Origin: Eledone cirrhosa
Taxonomy: Eukaryota
Reading direction: 5' to 3'
Assembly: GCA_964016885.1 (NCBI GenBank)
Contig: OZ024741.1
Coordinates: 147,498,001-147,562,000, forward strand
Length of the DNA: 64,000 nt
Below are positions 51,815-64,000 of this stretch, piece by piece. Position numbers and translations under genes: made by a program. Under the pieces are notes generated by a model. The model was not told where the DNA came from. It worked only from the letters and a program-made list of their open reading frames with translations, and did no database searches. The first letter of the stretch is position 1, and each line of letters starts with the position of its first letter.

Positions 51815-54212
51815 CTGAAGGAAGTCAATGAAGACAAAAGTGAATTACCAGAAGCTTAGAAAGGCTGTAGATTTTGTGCATGCTATAATGTAGTTTGATT
51901 GGTTGCCTTGATGAGCCAGAGTCATCAATGGTTGAATGATTACAGTGTTTTCTATTGATAAAGCAGTCAAGAGTTTTGAAGAGTCAATGTGTTGAATACG
52001 AGTATGTAATAAGATTAACTCTTAACATCCTGCCATGATTTACCTGAAAATATCTAAAAACGAGTTAATTTAAATATTTATCGTATCTGATGAAAGGATT
52101 GTTGCAAAAATTTGCAGAACACTAAAGTAAAGACTCTCATTTTTAATGTGATGCAGTCGTAATGTTGCTTTCTAATTTTGAACATCTTGCTAATGTAGCT
52201 TCATGTAGAACCATATTTCTGATGAAAAACGTTTATACATCTCAATTAAATAATCAAGAATTTAGAGGGATTTAGGAATGTAACTAACTTTCTCATTTTT
52301 AATCTTGCATTTGGAATATAACTTGACAAAGTTTCTTACATAAAATTATGCTGGAAGGCTTTTAGATAAATATAAACACTTTAAAACAAACAGTTTTGTA
52401 TTGTATAACCAGGAACGGTTTCAGATGGTTTGGTATTAAAAAGGTTGAATGTGCTCAGGAAATCTCAATACAGTAAATGAGTCAATCGCTATGTTAATGG
52501 TACTGATATGGAAGGATTTTGAGAGTAAATATTTGAGTGCATTGGAGTTACCAATTAGAATGCCTTCAGAAGTGATTAAGTGAGATCAATCAATCAATAA
52601 GTCAAAGTTCCCACAATTGGTGCAGCCAGTCGTTGGGATGCCCCTCGAAATGTTTGTGTTTCTATCATCTCATTTCAGTGGGCCTTAGAAATGCATGGTG
52701 GTGCCCATCTCCCCATACCTAGAACAGCCAGTCGACGTGCCAGACTATGTTTTACTGTTTCTATTATGGCATTTCAGGGGACCTTAGAAATACTTGGCAG
52801 TGTCCATCTCCTCTCCAAGCATCCAATCCCTTACTAAGTCTGCCAGAAGAAATAGTTACCAAGGTGTGTGGCTGAGAAATATCCCAGAGCCAGAAGTGAG
52901 TCATGTGAGAACCATTGTAGCCATCCATCCTTAAGGATGTTACTGTTAGACATCAAGTTTTTCTCTCTACCCAATTACTCAGGTTTTGAGGTAATGATTC
53001 TTTAAATCCTGGATAACAATATCCAGTATTGCAATAATGTTGCTTTAAATCACTTCACTCTATTACATGAGATAGAAGTCTTCAATGCAAAACAAGAGAC
53101 AGTTCAGCTACTTGTTATTAGAGTAATTTAAAGAATGGTACAGGCAGCAAACAAAATTAGAGAAATGAGGAAGGGGTAATTTTAGCATCCAGGTGAAATA
53201 GCTAAGGAATGGAGAGATTGGATGCCACATAGAGTACAATACCAAGGTTCACGAAAAAATAATAAAGTTGTAATAAAGTATGGCTAGGACAACAAAAATA
53301 ATATATTTGTCTCAGAAAAAATAGAATTCATAGTTTGATTCTTAGGAAATTGCGAGCTAAATTAAATGTTGGCCTGAAGTTGTATAGAGGACATAAAATC
53401 CTTCTACACCTATTTCCCAATAAAAATTGGTTTTGTGCTATGCCACAGAAAAATTATTTTTATGTTATAAGTACAAAACAAAATGGGTCAGTAGCTTTAC
53501 TATAGTTTTCATAATCAATATTTAGTGGTTGGTGATACCAATTAGCTTAAAGTGACAGAGAAGTGGAAATTGTGACGTTTATGTGTTTTCATAGGTCATC
53601 AGCTACATAAGAAATGAAATAGCTTTAGCTCATCCTTACAAGTGAATCACATACTTAACTGGCAAGAACTTTGCAGTAATGACTCTCTTCCTTCTTAACA
53701 ATCATAAATTCTTACAATGGCACATCACCAAAATATATAGTGAAGAGCAATTATAGTCAATCAAATTCACTCAGTACATGACTGGTAGCAAAGAAAAAGA
53801 GCTGTAATCAGGTGATGTAAATACTCAAATAGTTAAACAGCCCAGAGCCTTTAGTCTCATACATACTTGCTGTCATCACCTACTGACACAAAGACATGAA
53901 TTCCTAGAAAATTAGTGTTATTCATTTAATCGTTTCTGAAATATAAATACTGGTAGAAATGAAAGAACACAAAGTGAACTCTGAAAAGATTTGACTGACA
54001 TGCGTACATACATATATTCACACATATACAAATATATATACATACATATATATATATATATCTTCTCATTCCATCCTCATATCTGAGGTTTGGGGGTCAT
54101 GGACTTATGGACCACCACACTCCATCTTTTCCTGTCTTTTGCCATTGCCATTCAGTCTGCCGTACATTCCGCCAAACTCCTTCCTGTCCATTCCCTAATA
54201 GATTCCATTCAT

Positions 54213-54419
54213 TATGAGTAATGTTAGAGATGACAAGTTCATAGGCTGACCAAGATACTCTCATGGAATGACCGAATGAGATTTATTTTTCAACATAGTC
54301 CCTGGAAAGAAACAATGCAGTTATTAATAAGAAAAGTTAAAATTAATGCATGCAAGATTTCACAACTCTAGCATCACTACTTGATAGTCAGCCTATGAAC
54401 TTTTCAGCTGACACTCATA
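54213..54419. mobile_element. Tc1/mariner-like MITE
   Basis: TIR core aagttcataggctgac / gtcagcctatgaactt, TA at both outer ends. Confidence 0.7.
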
Positions 54420-54931
54420 CCACAGCCTGATTTATACACATGACATTACACATATATGAAAAGGAATCCCATTTCTTTCAATCTATCAATATTATAAAAG
54501 AGAATCTATTTCTCCCTCTGTCTGTAACATCCCATCTTATATGTAGGAGGGCAAAACAGGAGGAGTGAAAAGTTGTTGTTGTATGTGTATATATTGTGTA
54601 TATATATATATAAACTGACATCGCTTAGTAGGCATCGCTCAAAATGGACATCATTTTAACTTCAACTTAACTTCGCTCATTATCATCTATCCATCTCCTT
54701 TTCTGTCATCCTCTGGCCCTTTTTCCCTGTATTCATCCCTCAAGGATGTTTATCATTGATTGCCCAACAGTTAAAAATACAAATATAAATATAATTTCTT
54801 AAAGTTCTTTCTCCTATGTATATTGTTGTCATGGTTTTGCGGGTACCCTCTGTACATCTTATGCTACAGACTACATTTCAACGCACAATTTCATATCAAA
54901 ATTGCTGGCCTTGTGCCTAAATCTGAAACCA

Positions 54932-55770
54932 TTATTATTATTATTTGTAATGCTTTGCTTTGGCAGATGTTATATTCACTCTATACCAAAAGAGCAAGCC
55001 ATAACCAATGGTCAAAGGTTCTTTGGGTCATTCTTTCTTCTTCAATTTTCTTACACCCACCTTAGAATCCTTGCTGTTCCTAGCAAGGGTTTTTTTTTTT
55101 TGCAACAATCCTACTCTGATGGTAATTCCTAGCTTCTTAAGCCATGTATCCAATCTTTTACTATCTGCTTACTGTGTGCCAACTGCAATCAGCATCACTA
55201 CTATGTGTCTGATTCTCCATAGTTTCTGGATTTCCTTCTTCAGCTCTGCTATTTATCTACTTTCTCACTTTCCTTCTCATTCACCCTGTGGTCCCATGGT
55301 GAAGCAGTATCCACAATAATTGCCTTGTTATTCCTTTTTCCTACAAGAATGTCAGGCTTTCTAGACACAATAAAAAGTAGCACTGGATGATCATCTCCCA
55401 CAAGTTCTTATATCATTCATTTTCAGCAACCTTTTCTGGTTGGTGTTCATAACATTTCTCACTTCTGCTCATGTCATACTTATGACAGAGCTTCCAATGA
55501 ACCAATCTGGCAATGTTGTCATGCCTTCTCTTGTACTCTTTCTGAGCAAGTATATAACATTCACTAATAATGTGGTTAATTGTTTCACCTTTCTCACCAC
55601 ACAGCCTATAAAGTGGGTAATTCACTGACTTGTCAATATTGAACTTGATATAATTCAGTCTCAGTGTCAGTTCTTGGACTGTAAAAATAAGGGCTTCAGT
55701 TTCAATTTTCAAGTCATTTTTTCTAGTCCATTACTAGATTTTATTTTTGTCAACTTTCTCGGGCATTTCT
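54932..55770 (-). mobile_element. Dong/R4-clade (RLE) non-LTR retrotransposon 3' fragment with (TAA)n tail
   Basis: LKIETEALIF..RLCGEKGETINHIISEC..EYKRRHDNIA, KPDI, GTARILR. Ends in aataataat. Confidence 0.8.
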
Positions 55771-55950
55771 CACAAGACCAGCAATTTTGTGGGAGGGGAA
55801 AGTCAATTAAATCAATCCCAATTGTTACTGTTACTATTTTATCGACCCCGTAAAGATGGAAGGCCAAGCTAACCACAGAGGGATTTGAATTCAGACCGTA
55901 AAGGACTGTAACTCTATGTTGCAAAGTGTGGTGTCTGATACTCTACCAAT
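55771..55950 (-). mobile_element. SINE family 1 (decayed), fused to the Dong fragment
   Basis: Reverse-complement core ttttatcgaccccgtaa..ggatttgaattcagaccgtaaagga. Confidence 0.75.
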
Positions 55951-56425
55951 AATATAACTAGACCTGAAAAATGCGCAAGCTCAAAAGAGCCACAGAATGT
56001 TATAATAAACCTTCAAAAGTGTGGGACTAGAGTTGTTGCTCAAAAATATTGTAATCATTATCTATCATACACTCTGTGGCATCCTTTTATAAAAAAGAGA
56101 CTCATAATGAACTCAAGACGACACGATAATTATTAAAGCTAATGTTCAATATCTCATATTAGATGTTTAGTAATGATTAATACGAAATGTACTTAAACCG
56201 AATTCTATATTATAAATTCACTCCTGTATTTCGTCGTTTATCATCAAAATATTTTTCTCGTTTTGGTAAGTTATATTATTAATTTATATATGATTTTTTT
56301 AATTTATATTAACTATTTTTTGTTTCAGTTTGTTATAATATATATAACATGCTTATAATATTGGTTGTATCATATTTACTTGTATATTTGTCCATATTAT
56401 TGTTCGTTTTATGTTAGATTATTTT

Positions 56426-57463
56426 AGCTGCAGTCCTGGGTCAGAAAAAGACCGAGGGATAGCGCTTGGAAACTGGAATATCTCCAGGCGCTCACTGCCC
56501 TCTGCCAGCTGGGCACTAGTATTGGTGGAACATCTACCTCGGCGTTCTATAGAGGACTAGTGGAGGGGAAGAGCAACATCGTTCTCGGAGAGATCCTGGG
56601 CGTCGAAGAAGATCAGCTGTTTGCTCTCTTCCGGAGAACTTTCAGCCCAGGGCCTATGGTTAACTTCCAAAAATCCCTGGCCTGGCAGTGCTACCGGGGA
56701 GCGTTGCCAGTTCGAGATAAGCTCTACAGGCACGGAAGTGCCGTCAGCCGAGCCTGTCCGAGATGCGCGCAGAACGACGATACTGTCATGCACGCACTTG
56801 TTCAGTGCCCGAGCATTGCTGACTTGTGAAGCTATGTCGAACAGTTGCTGTTGCGTGTAGGACTGATCCGGTTATCAACTGAGTCCATTGTGCAGATGGT
56901 CTCGCCGTCTTCCTTTGAGGAAGAAGGGCAGGCAGTTTTCATCTGCCTGGTGACCATGGTGAAAGAGATTGTGTGATGGACAAGGTTAACAGGGTTAAAG
57001 ACAGACACTTTCCTCTTCGGCGAATCCCTGATTAACTTTTTCAAGTTTCACTTGAAGAGGAAAGTCAGGGTGGAGAGGCAAGTGCTGCTTTCTAGCAAGT
57101 TTGTTGAAAGGTGGGTGAATGTAGCGAGAATGGTCTGACTGAACGGGACCACTCTGAATATACGTCTGTAGTTTGAGAGATGGAAAAATTGAGAGAGGGC
57201 GCTTGCGTTGGTGGTCAGGGTGGCCGTGGTCTTTTGTGTGGTTTTCGCCACGAGTAACCCTCGGAGGTTTCCCCCCTATTGGGGAATTTTTCATTGTTTC
57301 AATTTTCATTTTTATTGTTTATATATATATATGTTTCTAAGTCTTTTTTTCTTTTCTTATATAAATAATAAAAATATTTACACGCCCAAAACCCACATCG
57401 TACCGTCCTGTACCGTCTGTAATGTTTTTCTTGATGTCAGCCCTTGTGGCCAATAAAGAAATC
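56426..57463 (+). mobile_element. 5'-truncated Tx1 copy of a second lineage, with (ATT)n tail 57464-57514
   Basis: FQKSLAWQCYRGALPVRDKL, CPRC..H..C, AATAAA at 57452 followed by gaaatc(att)n. Confidence 0.9.
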
Positions 57464-57474
57464 ATTATTATTGA

Positions 57475-57514
<40 letters not shown>

Positions 57515-57516
<2 letters not shown>

Positions 57517-57912
57517 AGGCGGCAGATTGGCAGCATCAGTAGAGGGTTGGACACCATGCTTTCCAGCAGAGAGTTACAGCCCTTTATGATCTGAGTTCAA
57601 ATTCCGCCGAGGTTAACTTTGCCTTTCATCCTTACGGGGTTCGATAAAATAAAGTACCAGTAATGTACTGGGATAATTGTTGGCTTTGTGCCAAAAGTAG
57701 AAACAATTATTATTATGAATTGGCAGTATCGGTAGAGGGTAGGACGCCATGCCTTCCAGCATAGAGTTACGCCCCTTTATGGTCTGAGTTCAAATCCCGC
57801 CGAGGTCAACTTTGCCTTTCATCCTTATGTGGTAGATAAAATAAAGTACCAGTAATGCACTGGAATAATTGCTGGCCTTGTGCCAATAGTAGAAACAATT
57901 ATTATTATTATT
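57515..57912 (+). mobile_element. Two tandem SINE family 1 copies
   Basis: 57515-57716 and 57717-57912, each ending agaaacaattattatt. Confidence 0.92.
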
Positions 57913-58701
57913 GGTCTGTTCGGACGCTTTTTGCTCGCTCCCAGTAAGTCGCTTTATTTACCTGTTATAATTATTTGTTGTTAAATTGTTTTTGTTGTGT
58001 AAAGGATATAAGCCCTTGGACTATGCCCTGTGAAGGGGAAAGTATAATATTTGGGCCTTTTGGACCAAATATTTGAACAATATTTGAATATTTTACTTTT
58101 GAAAATTTCAAAAAAAAAAAAAATACATGGCTGAGCCACGGCCCTTTCTCATTTACCTCGTTTCTCATCCAACATGGCTGTACTTAGAATAGGCAGTATG
58201 TACGTGGCCTGGGGTTATCTTGGAAGCAGGGTCACCTGCTCAATGACACCAGGTCACTAAACATAGATGTGGTGGCCATCAGCGAGACCAGAATCTCCGA
58301 AACACGAGCCTTTGCACCGATCTTCGGCGGCTACGATGTATACGCATCCCCCAGCCATCTAGGATCGGGGGGAGGGGTTGCCGTGCTTTTTCAGAGAGGC
58401 TTGGATCTCGCCATACGGGTATTTTCCTGAACCCAGAAGGTAAGTAGGTGGTGCTGGACGTGACCGGCAGCGAAGGCAATGCTTTCAGGCTAGTAGCCGT
58501 CTACGCCCCAACAGGGGCAGGATGGCCAGATTTCTTCAGACATCTAGAGACCTTTCTTGGAACGTCCCGCTCTTTAGTGATAGTGGGCGACTGGAACGGT
58601 ATCTTAGATGCACGCTGGGATTATGTGGGGCTAGTAGACAGGGCAGGAGGGTGTAAAAGCCTCAAAAACATGCTTAGACGTTTTGAACTGTCTGATAGGT
58701 A
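57913..58701 (+). mobile_element. Tx1 lineage-2 5' fragment: 5' UTR, ORF1 deleted, APE N-terminus
   Basis: Starts right after an ATT tract. MAVLRIG.., AVYAPTG, GDWNGILD. Homologous to 60790-61350 on the opposite strand. Confidence 0.85.
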
Positions 58702-61700
58702 TAAACGAGCTGTGGGAAAACGTGCCTGGCGAACGGCGACCACACCTGTTCACCTTCAAGGAAGCACCAGAGATGTCGCAGCCTCAGCGCATGTTTGCGC
58801 ATCATCAGCCATGGCATGCCCAGTCCTCCACGCAACGGGTGTTGACAGCAGATTGATCGTCTGACCAAGGGAGCGCGTCCCTTCCACAAAAAGCGAAAGA
58901 GGCGCTCCACTTTGGTGAGAGTTAGGCCGGGGCAAGGGATGATGGTGAGGTGGTAGCAGATGACGGATGCGATGTACGCATTCGCCACCTCCGCCCGGCC
59001 TTTCAGGGACAGCTTCCTCTCGGCCCATTTCTGGGTGAGGGAGGCCACCCTGTTCGTCACCTCGTTCCAGTTTTTCTCCATCTGGAGGTCCGGTCGAACC
59101 AGACCCCGAGCAATTTAACCGGTCCGTCCGTCCAACGCCCCACGACGCTGTCGGACGGCATGGACTTGCCTCTCCAGGTGCCGAGCTGCAAGCCCACCGA
59201 CTTTTCCTGTTTTATCTTTGCTCCTGTCACCGCTTCGTATTCCTTGAGAGTGGTGCCGAGCATCTGGACGTGTCTGGTGCTCGACACCACCACGGTGACG
59301 TCGTGGGCATAAGCCGACTCGGATTTCCTGCATCCTAGTTAGCGTGGGACGCCCCTCATCGCCCCCAGTTTGTGCAGTAACGGCTCGAGAGCCAATGTGA
59401 ACAAAAAGGACGAGAGGGGACAACCCTGGCGGACTGAGCGCATGATGCTGAACGGCTGCCACAGGTGACCGTTCACCCTCACAACTGAGCAGATGTCGCC
59501 CGAAACTGGCTGCCTCTAGGACCGCCGCCAGGTACCGATCGTCGACCCTATCGAATGCTTTGGATTGATCCAAGTTGATCAGGGCCCCACCCGTTCCTTA
59601 ACCACCCTCTCTATGATGTATCGCATGAGGTGGAGGTTGTCGTGTATGGATCTGTCCGGAATGGCGCATGTCTGTGCCTCCCCCACCAGACCCTTGACGA
59701 CAAGCGCCAACGTAGTTGCTAACACCTTGGACAAAATCTTGAACTCTGCGTTTAGCAGTGTTATGGGTCTGAAATTATCGATAACATCCCCCTTGTTCGG
59801 GTCTTTTCTCAGCAGCGCCACCGCTCCCCGGCTCTCAAAACTGGGAATCCTCCCGTTCTGCTGCCAGTTGCAGTAGACGTCTGCCAAGAAGTCACCGAAC
59901 AAGTCTGGCATAAATGCATAAAGCTCATAGGGCAGACCATCCAAACCTGGCGATTTACTCCTCATGCAGTTAGCCATCGCTTCCCGTATTTCACCGGCTG
60001 TTATTGGCTTTTCGCAACACTGTGCTGCGGTCGAAGAGAGCCGAGGCAGTCCGTCGAAGTATGCACTGAAGTCTATGCCCCGATCCGGGCCGCCGCTTCT
60101 CCCGAACAGTTCAGCAAAGTGCTGCTGAAAAGCTTCACACATCTGCTCGGGTTCGAGCAACACGCACCCGTTTTGGTCAGACAAAGACCGAATTGTGGCT
60201 TTGTTGCCACGTCGCGCCTCTGCCACCCGGCCCATTGGACGGCTTATGTCCCCTCGTGTTTCAGAGCACACGCTCTAGCTCTGACAATGGAGCCTTTGTG
60301 TTTTGCGTTGAAGAATTGGTCGAGTGCCAATCTCGTCGCAAGCATGTCGGTTGCGATGCCTGTCCTAAACGCCTCTTCTAGCTTTCTGACTAGCTCTCCC
60401 TCTACTTTATTTTCCTCTATCACTAGTCCATTGCTAAACCTAATCGACTCTACTTTAATTGCCCTTTTCAGGGCGAACCACCACCTGTTGTTGACGACCG
60501 CTCCCGTCAACGCCCGCTTAACTAATACGCTAATCCGGTCTCTGTAGGCCTTGCACGCCAGGAAAGACGCGTTCAGCTTCCAGTAACCGGGCCCTTGTCT
60601 ATGAAGTCTGTCTATGTCGATCTCACATATCACAAATTTGTGGTCTGTGTAGTCGACTATTTTAAATTGTGGACAACTTATACTAGCCTTATCTAGTTCT
60701 CTGCAGAATACCCTATCGAGATACGATCTGGATGACCCGATGCGGTTTGTCCATGTCCACATTGGCACATTCGGGTGATCCAGTCGATACCTGTCAGACA
60801 GTTCAAAACGTCTGAGCAGGTTGGTGAGGCTCTTGCACGCTCCTCCCCTATCCACTAGTCCCACACAATCCCAGCGTGCATCCAAGATACCGTTCCAGTC
60901 GCCCACTAACACTAAAGAGCGGCACGTTCCAAGAATGTCTCTAGACGTCTGAAAAAATCTGGCCGTCCTGCCCCTGTTGGGGCGTAGACGGCTACTAGCC
61001 TGAAAGCATTGCCTTCGCTGCCGGTCACGTTCAGCACCACTGACTTACCTTCTGGGTCTAGGAAGATGGCCCATATGGCGAGATCCAAGCCTCTCCGAAA
61101 AAGGACGGCAACCCCACCCGCCGATCCTGGACAGCTGGGAGATGCGTATACATCGTAGCTGCGGAAGATCGGTGCGAAGGCTCGTGCTTCGGAGATTCTG
61201 GTTTCACTAATGGCCACCACATCTATGTTTAGTGACCTGAGGTCGTTGAGCAGGTGACCCTGCTTCCAAGATGACCCCAGGCCACGTGCATTTATACTGC
61301 CTATTCTGAGTACGGCCATGTTGGATGAGAAACGGGGCAAGTGATAAAGGGTCACTTGCCTTGATCGTGTGGTGAAGGGACAGTAAAACCGTCCCTTTGG
61401 CTGGTCATGGGTGTTTCCAAGAGGATGTCAGTGTATATCCTCTTGGTAATCGACCCTCTGAAGTCTCCAACTGCGTTGGTGAATTTTTGTTTTAAAGGTT
61501 TGTACTACTCTATTGAGATTTCAATGATGCTTATGTATAGCGGGAGAGTTGTTGGTGGGGTGTAGTAATTTTTTTCTGTGATGTCTGTGTTCTGCTTTAT
61601 ATATTGTATGAGTTCTTTTTTTACCATGTTTATGGCTGTGTACTTTTTTTTTTTGGGGGGGGGGGGGGGGGATGATTTTGTTGCTGTTTTCTTCTTGTTG

Positions 61701-63085
61701 CTGTTTGGTGTGTGTGTTTTGTTTTGTTTGCGTTGTTGGTGTTTTGGGTGATGCTCGTGGTGGTGTGGTTGCTGTTGGCGGTGGTGCTTGTGATGGTGAT
61801 GGTGGTGGTGTTGCTGCAAGTTTCCTCACTGCCTTTAACCCTCTTTGTGTGCCTTCGCTTTTGGAGGGTGAATCTAAGGGTTTTTTGTTTTTTTGTTTTT
61901 TGTGGCAGACCGTTTGCCACTTCACTCCCGTCTCAAACTCCATGTCTGATTCCGTGGTGTCTGGGAGGGGTATGTGCTCCACGGCTGTTGGTGGTGGTAG
62001 TGGAGCCCTCTTCGGCAATTGTGTTGCTGGTGTAGCTACTTCAAATGTAGCTATTGGTGTTGCCGCCACTGATGCTGCTACTTTAGTTGTCCGTAGCCTT
62101 GGTACGGGTGCTACAGACGTAACCCTCCTATTCACCGTGGAAGAGGCTTCTGCGTTTGTTTCCTGCCCTGCTCTTGGTAGCAGCGGACCAGGTATTGGAA
62201 AGAGAGGGGCCTTCTTCTTCGGTGTCTTCTGCGGGCAAAAGGCCCTGAGGTGACCTTTCGACCCACAGAGATAACATTTTGGACATCTTCCTTCTACGCT
62301 TATAGAGAATTGGAGTCCTTCTTCGATGTCTATGATATTGGGGATAGCGTCGATACATTCCTGGTCAGTTTGTATAAGCATTTGCATGCCTATACCTGAC
62401 CAGTTCTCTCTCCCTATTTTCTCTACTTGCAGCATGGTCGTCCTGTCCTCGATTCCAGCAAGGACAGACGTGGCCAGCCAAGGTATGGGCACGTCGGGTG
62501 GGACCTGGGTCACTTTGACCCTCAGTAGGAGGGCACCAAGACTATCTCCTCACTCTTTAAGGTTTCCAAAGAGTGAGACTTCGCTTCCTGGGTGGTGGCG
62601 AAAAGTACGTCTACTGTGGCGTACTTTCTGCCTCGGGTGATGTGGGTTTTGCGTGCCCAGACGCACCCCAAGGCCTTTTGGATTTGAGCCTCCGTGGCTC
62701 TCTCAACTCGATGTGAGATTTTGCTTACGGTGCGGTAAGTCACCGTCCGTAGCTGCTGGTCCTTGAAAAAATCGGGTAGAGGTTTAAGGGAGACTCTATT
62801 GGCGCTTCTTGTCACCATGGCCCTTGCGACTGCCATCTCTGTCATCATGGCCCTTGCGACTAACACTGTCTCGATATTTCGGGCGACACCTGCAAAAGAA
62901 GTGGTCCTTTTTCAGCAGCACCACTATTGTTGCCGCTACTGGTCTTACTGGTGGTGCTGAGATCGCTATTACAGGTATCGATGTCATTGTTGATGTTTTC
63001 ATTGGTACAGTTGTTGGTGTTGTTGTTGTTTTCGTTGATACTGTTGTTGTTTTCGTTGATACTGTTATTGTGGCTGCCTTTTAGC
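58702..63085 (-). mobile_element. Tx1 lineage-2 copy (ORF1, APE, RT), both ends truncated
   Basis: CYLCGSKGHLRAFC knuckle, MAVLRIGSINARGL, YTDH, GYWKLN, SPGLDGLP, DQSKAFDRV, degenerate YAHD. Confidence 0.93.
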
Positions 63086-64000
63086 AAATGTACTGGGGGC
63101 GCAGTACTTCTCTCTCCACCCTCACCTTCCTTTCCATGTGAAATTTGAAAAAGTTGATGAGGGATTGGCCGAAGAGAAAAATGTCTGTCTTCAGTCCTTC
63201 AACCTGGTCTACCATACAACCTCTTTTTCTACTGCCGCCAAACACAGGAAAATGGCCAAAAGAAAGCGGCGGGTCGATCTTCACTATGGACTCTGTTGAT
63301 AGCCAGATCCGTTCTACACACGACAACAGCTGTTCGATATAACCCCACAAGTCAGTAATGCACGGACACTAGACAAGGGGGTGCAGAATATTTTCGTCAC
63401 TCTGCACGCATCTCAGGCAGGTCCGTCTGACAGCACTTCCGTACCTGTAGAGTTTATCTTGAACTGGCAGTGACCCCCCCCCCCCCCCCCCGGTAGCAAT
63501 GGATTTTTGGAAGTTATCCATGGTACCCTGCTCAAAAATCCTCTAGGACAGATTGGTTAGTTCGACTTCGTTGATGCCCAGAGCCTCTCCGAGAGCGTCG
63601 TCGCACTTGCCCATCCCTAATCCTCTATAGAACTTGAGAGTGGAAGTTTCACTGACCACATTTTCCCCCTGGTAGAGGGCAGTGAGTTCCTGGCAACATT
63701 CCAAATGCCAGTCACCCAGTCTTGGTCTCTTCTTGACCCAGGACTGCAGCTCAGTCAAAGTGACGAGCTGCGAAAACGCCCGTCTGACAAACAGCGACCA
63801 CACTTGTTCACCGTTTAGACAGAATATCTGGAAATGCAGCACCTCAGTGCATGTCTGCGAATCATTAGCCACAGTATGCCCAGCCCTCCGAGTAGAGGGT
63901 GCTGGTAGCAGATGGACCGCCTCATCAATGGAACCTGTCCCCTCCACAACAATTTGAAGAGGCGTCATTCTAACTTGGCAGGGCGCGGACGGGGTCAAGG
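63086..64000 (-). mobile_element. More diverged Tx1 ORF2 C-terminal fragment
   Basis: ELQSWVKKRPRLGDW, FYRGL..CDDALGEALG, WGYIEQLLS. Continues beyond the window. Confidence 0.85.

Noticed and set aside
51848-52044. Minus-strand coding exon after a strong acceptor
   Set aside because: Stop codons in all three frames.

Overview
Repeat-dense eukaryotic (metazoan) DNA. Its SINE, LINE and microsatellite repertoire suggests a mollusc, probably an octopus-type cephalopod (inference). About half of the window is Tx1/L1-clade non-LTR retrotransposons (about 11 copies or fragments, all disabled). One lineage ends in AATAAA-(TATC)n and is stacked head-to-tail inside GATA/TATC tracts (1.8-11 kb, 19.6-27.6 kb). 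A sister lineage ends in AATAAA-(ATT)n and sits in ATT tracts shared with SINE tails (56.4-64 kb). Also present: a decayed autonomous Helitron fused head-to-tail to its own non-autonomous derivative, a second non-autonomous Helitron, and Penelope-like remnants with hammerhead ribozyme motifs, one of them with an intact minimal type I core inside an inverted repeat. There are also RTE-like, CR1-like (PHD-type ORF1) and Dong/R4 LINE relics, a piggyBac transposase relic, many tRNA-derived SINEs, MITEs and foldback palindromes. The only apparent host-gene signal is two (possibly three) minus-strand 3' coding exons near 45.5-46 kb (and 51.8 kb) of an unidentified protein. Boundaries were read by eye and may be off by a few bases.
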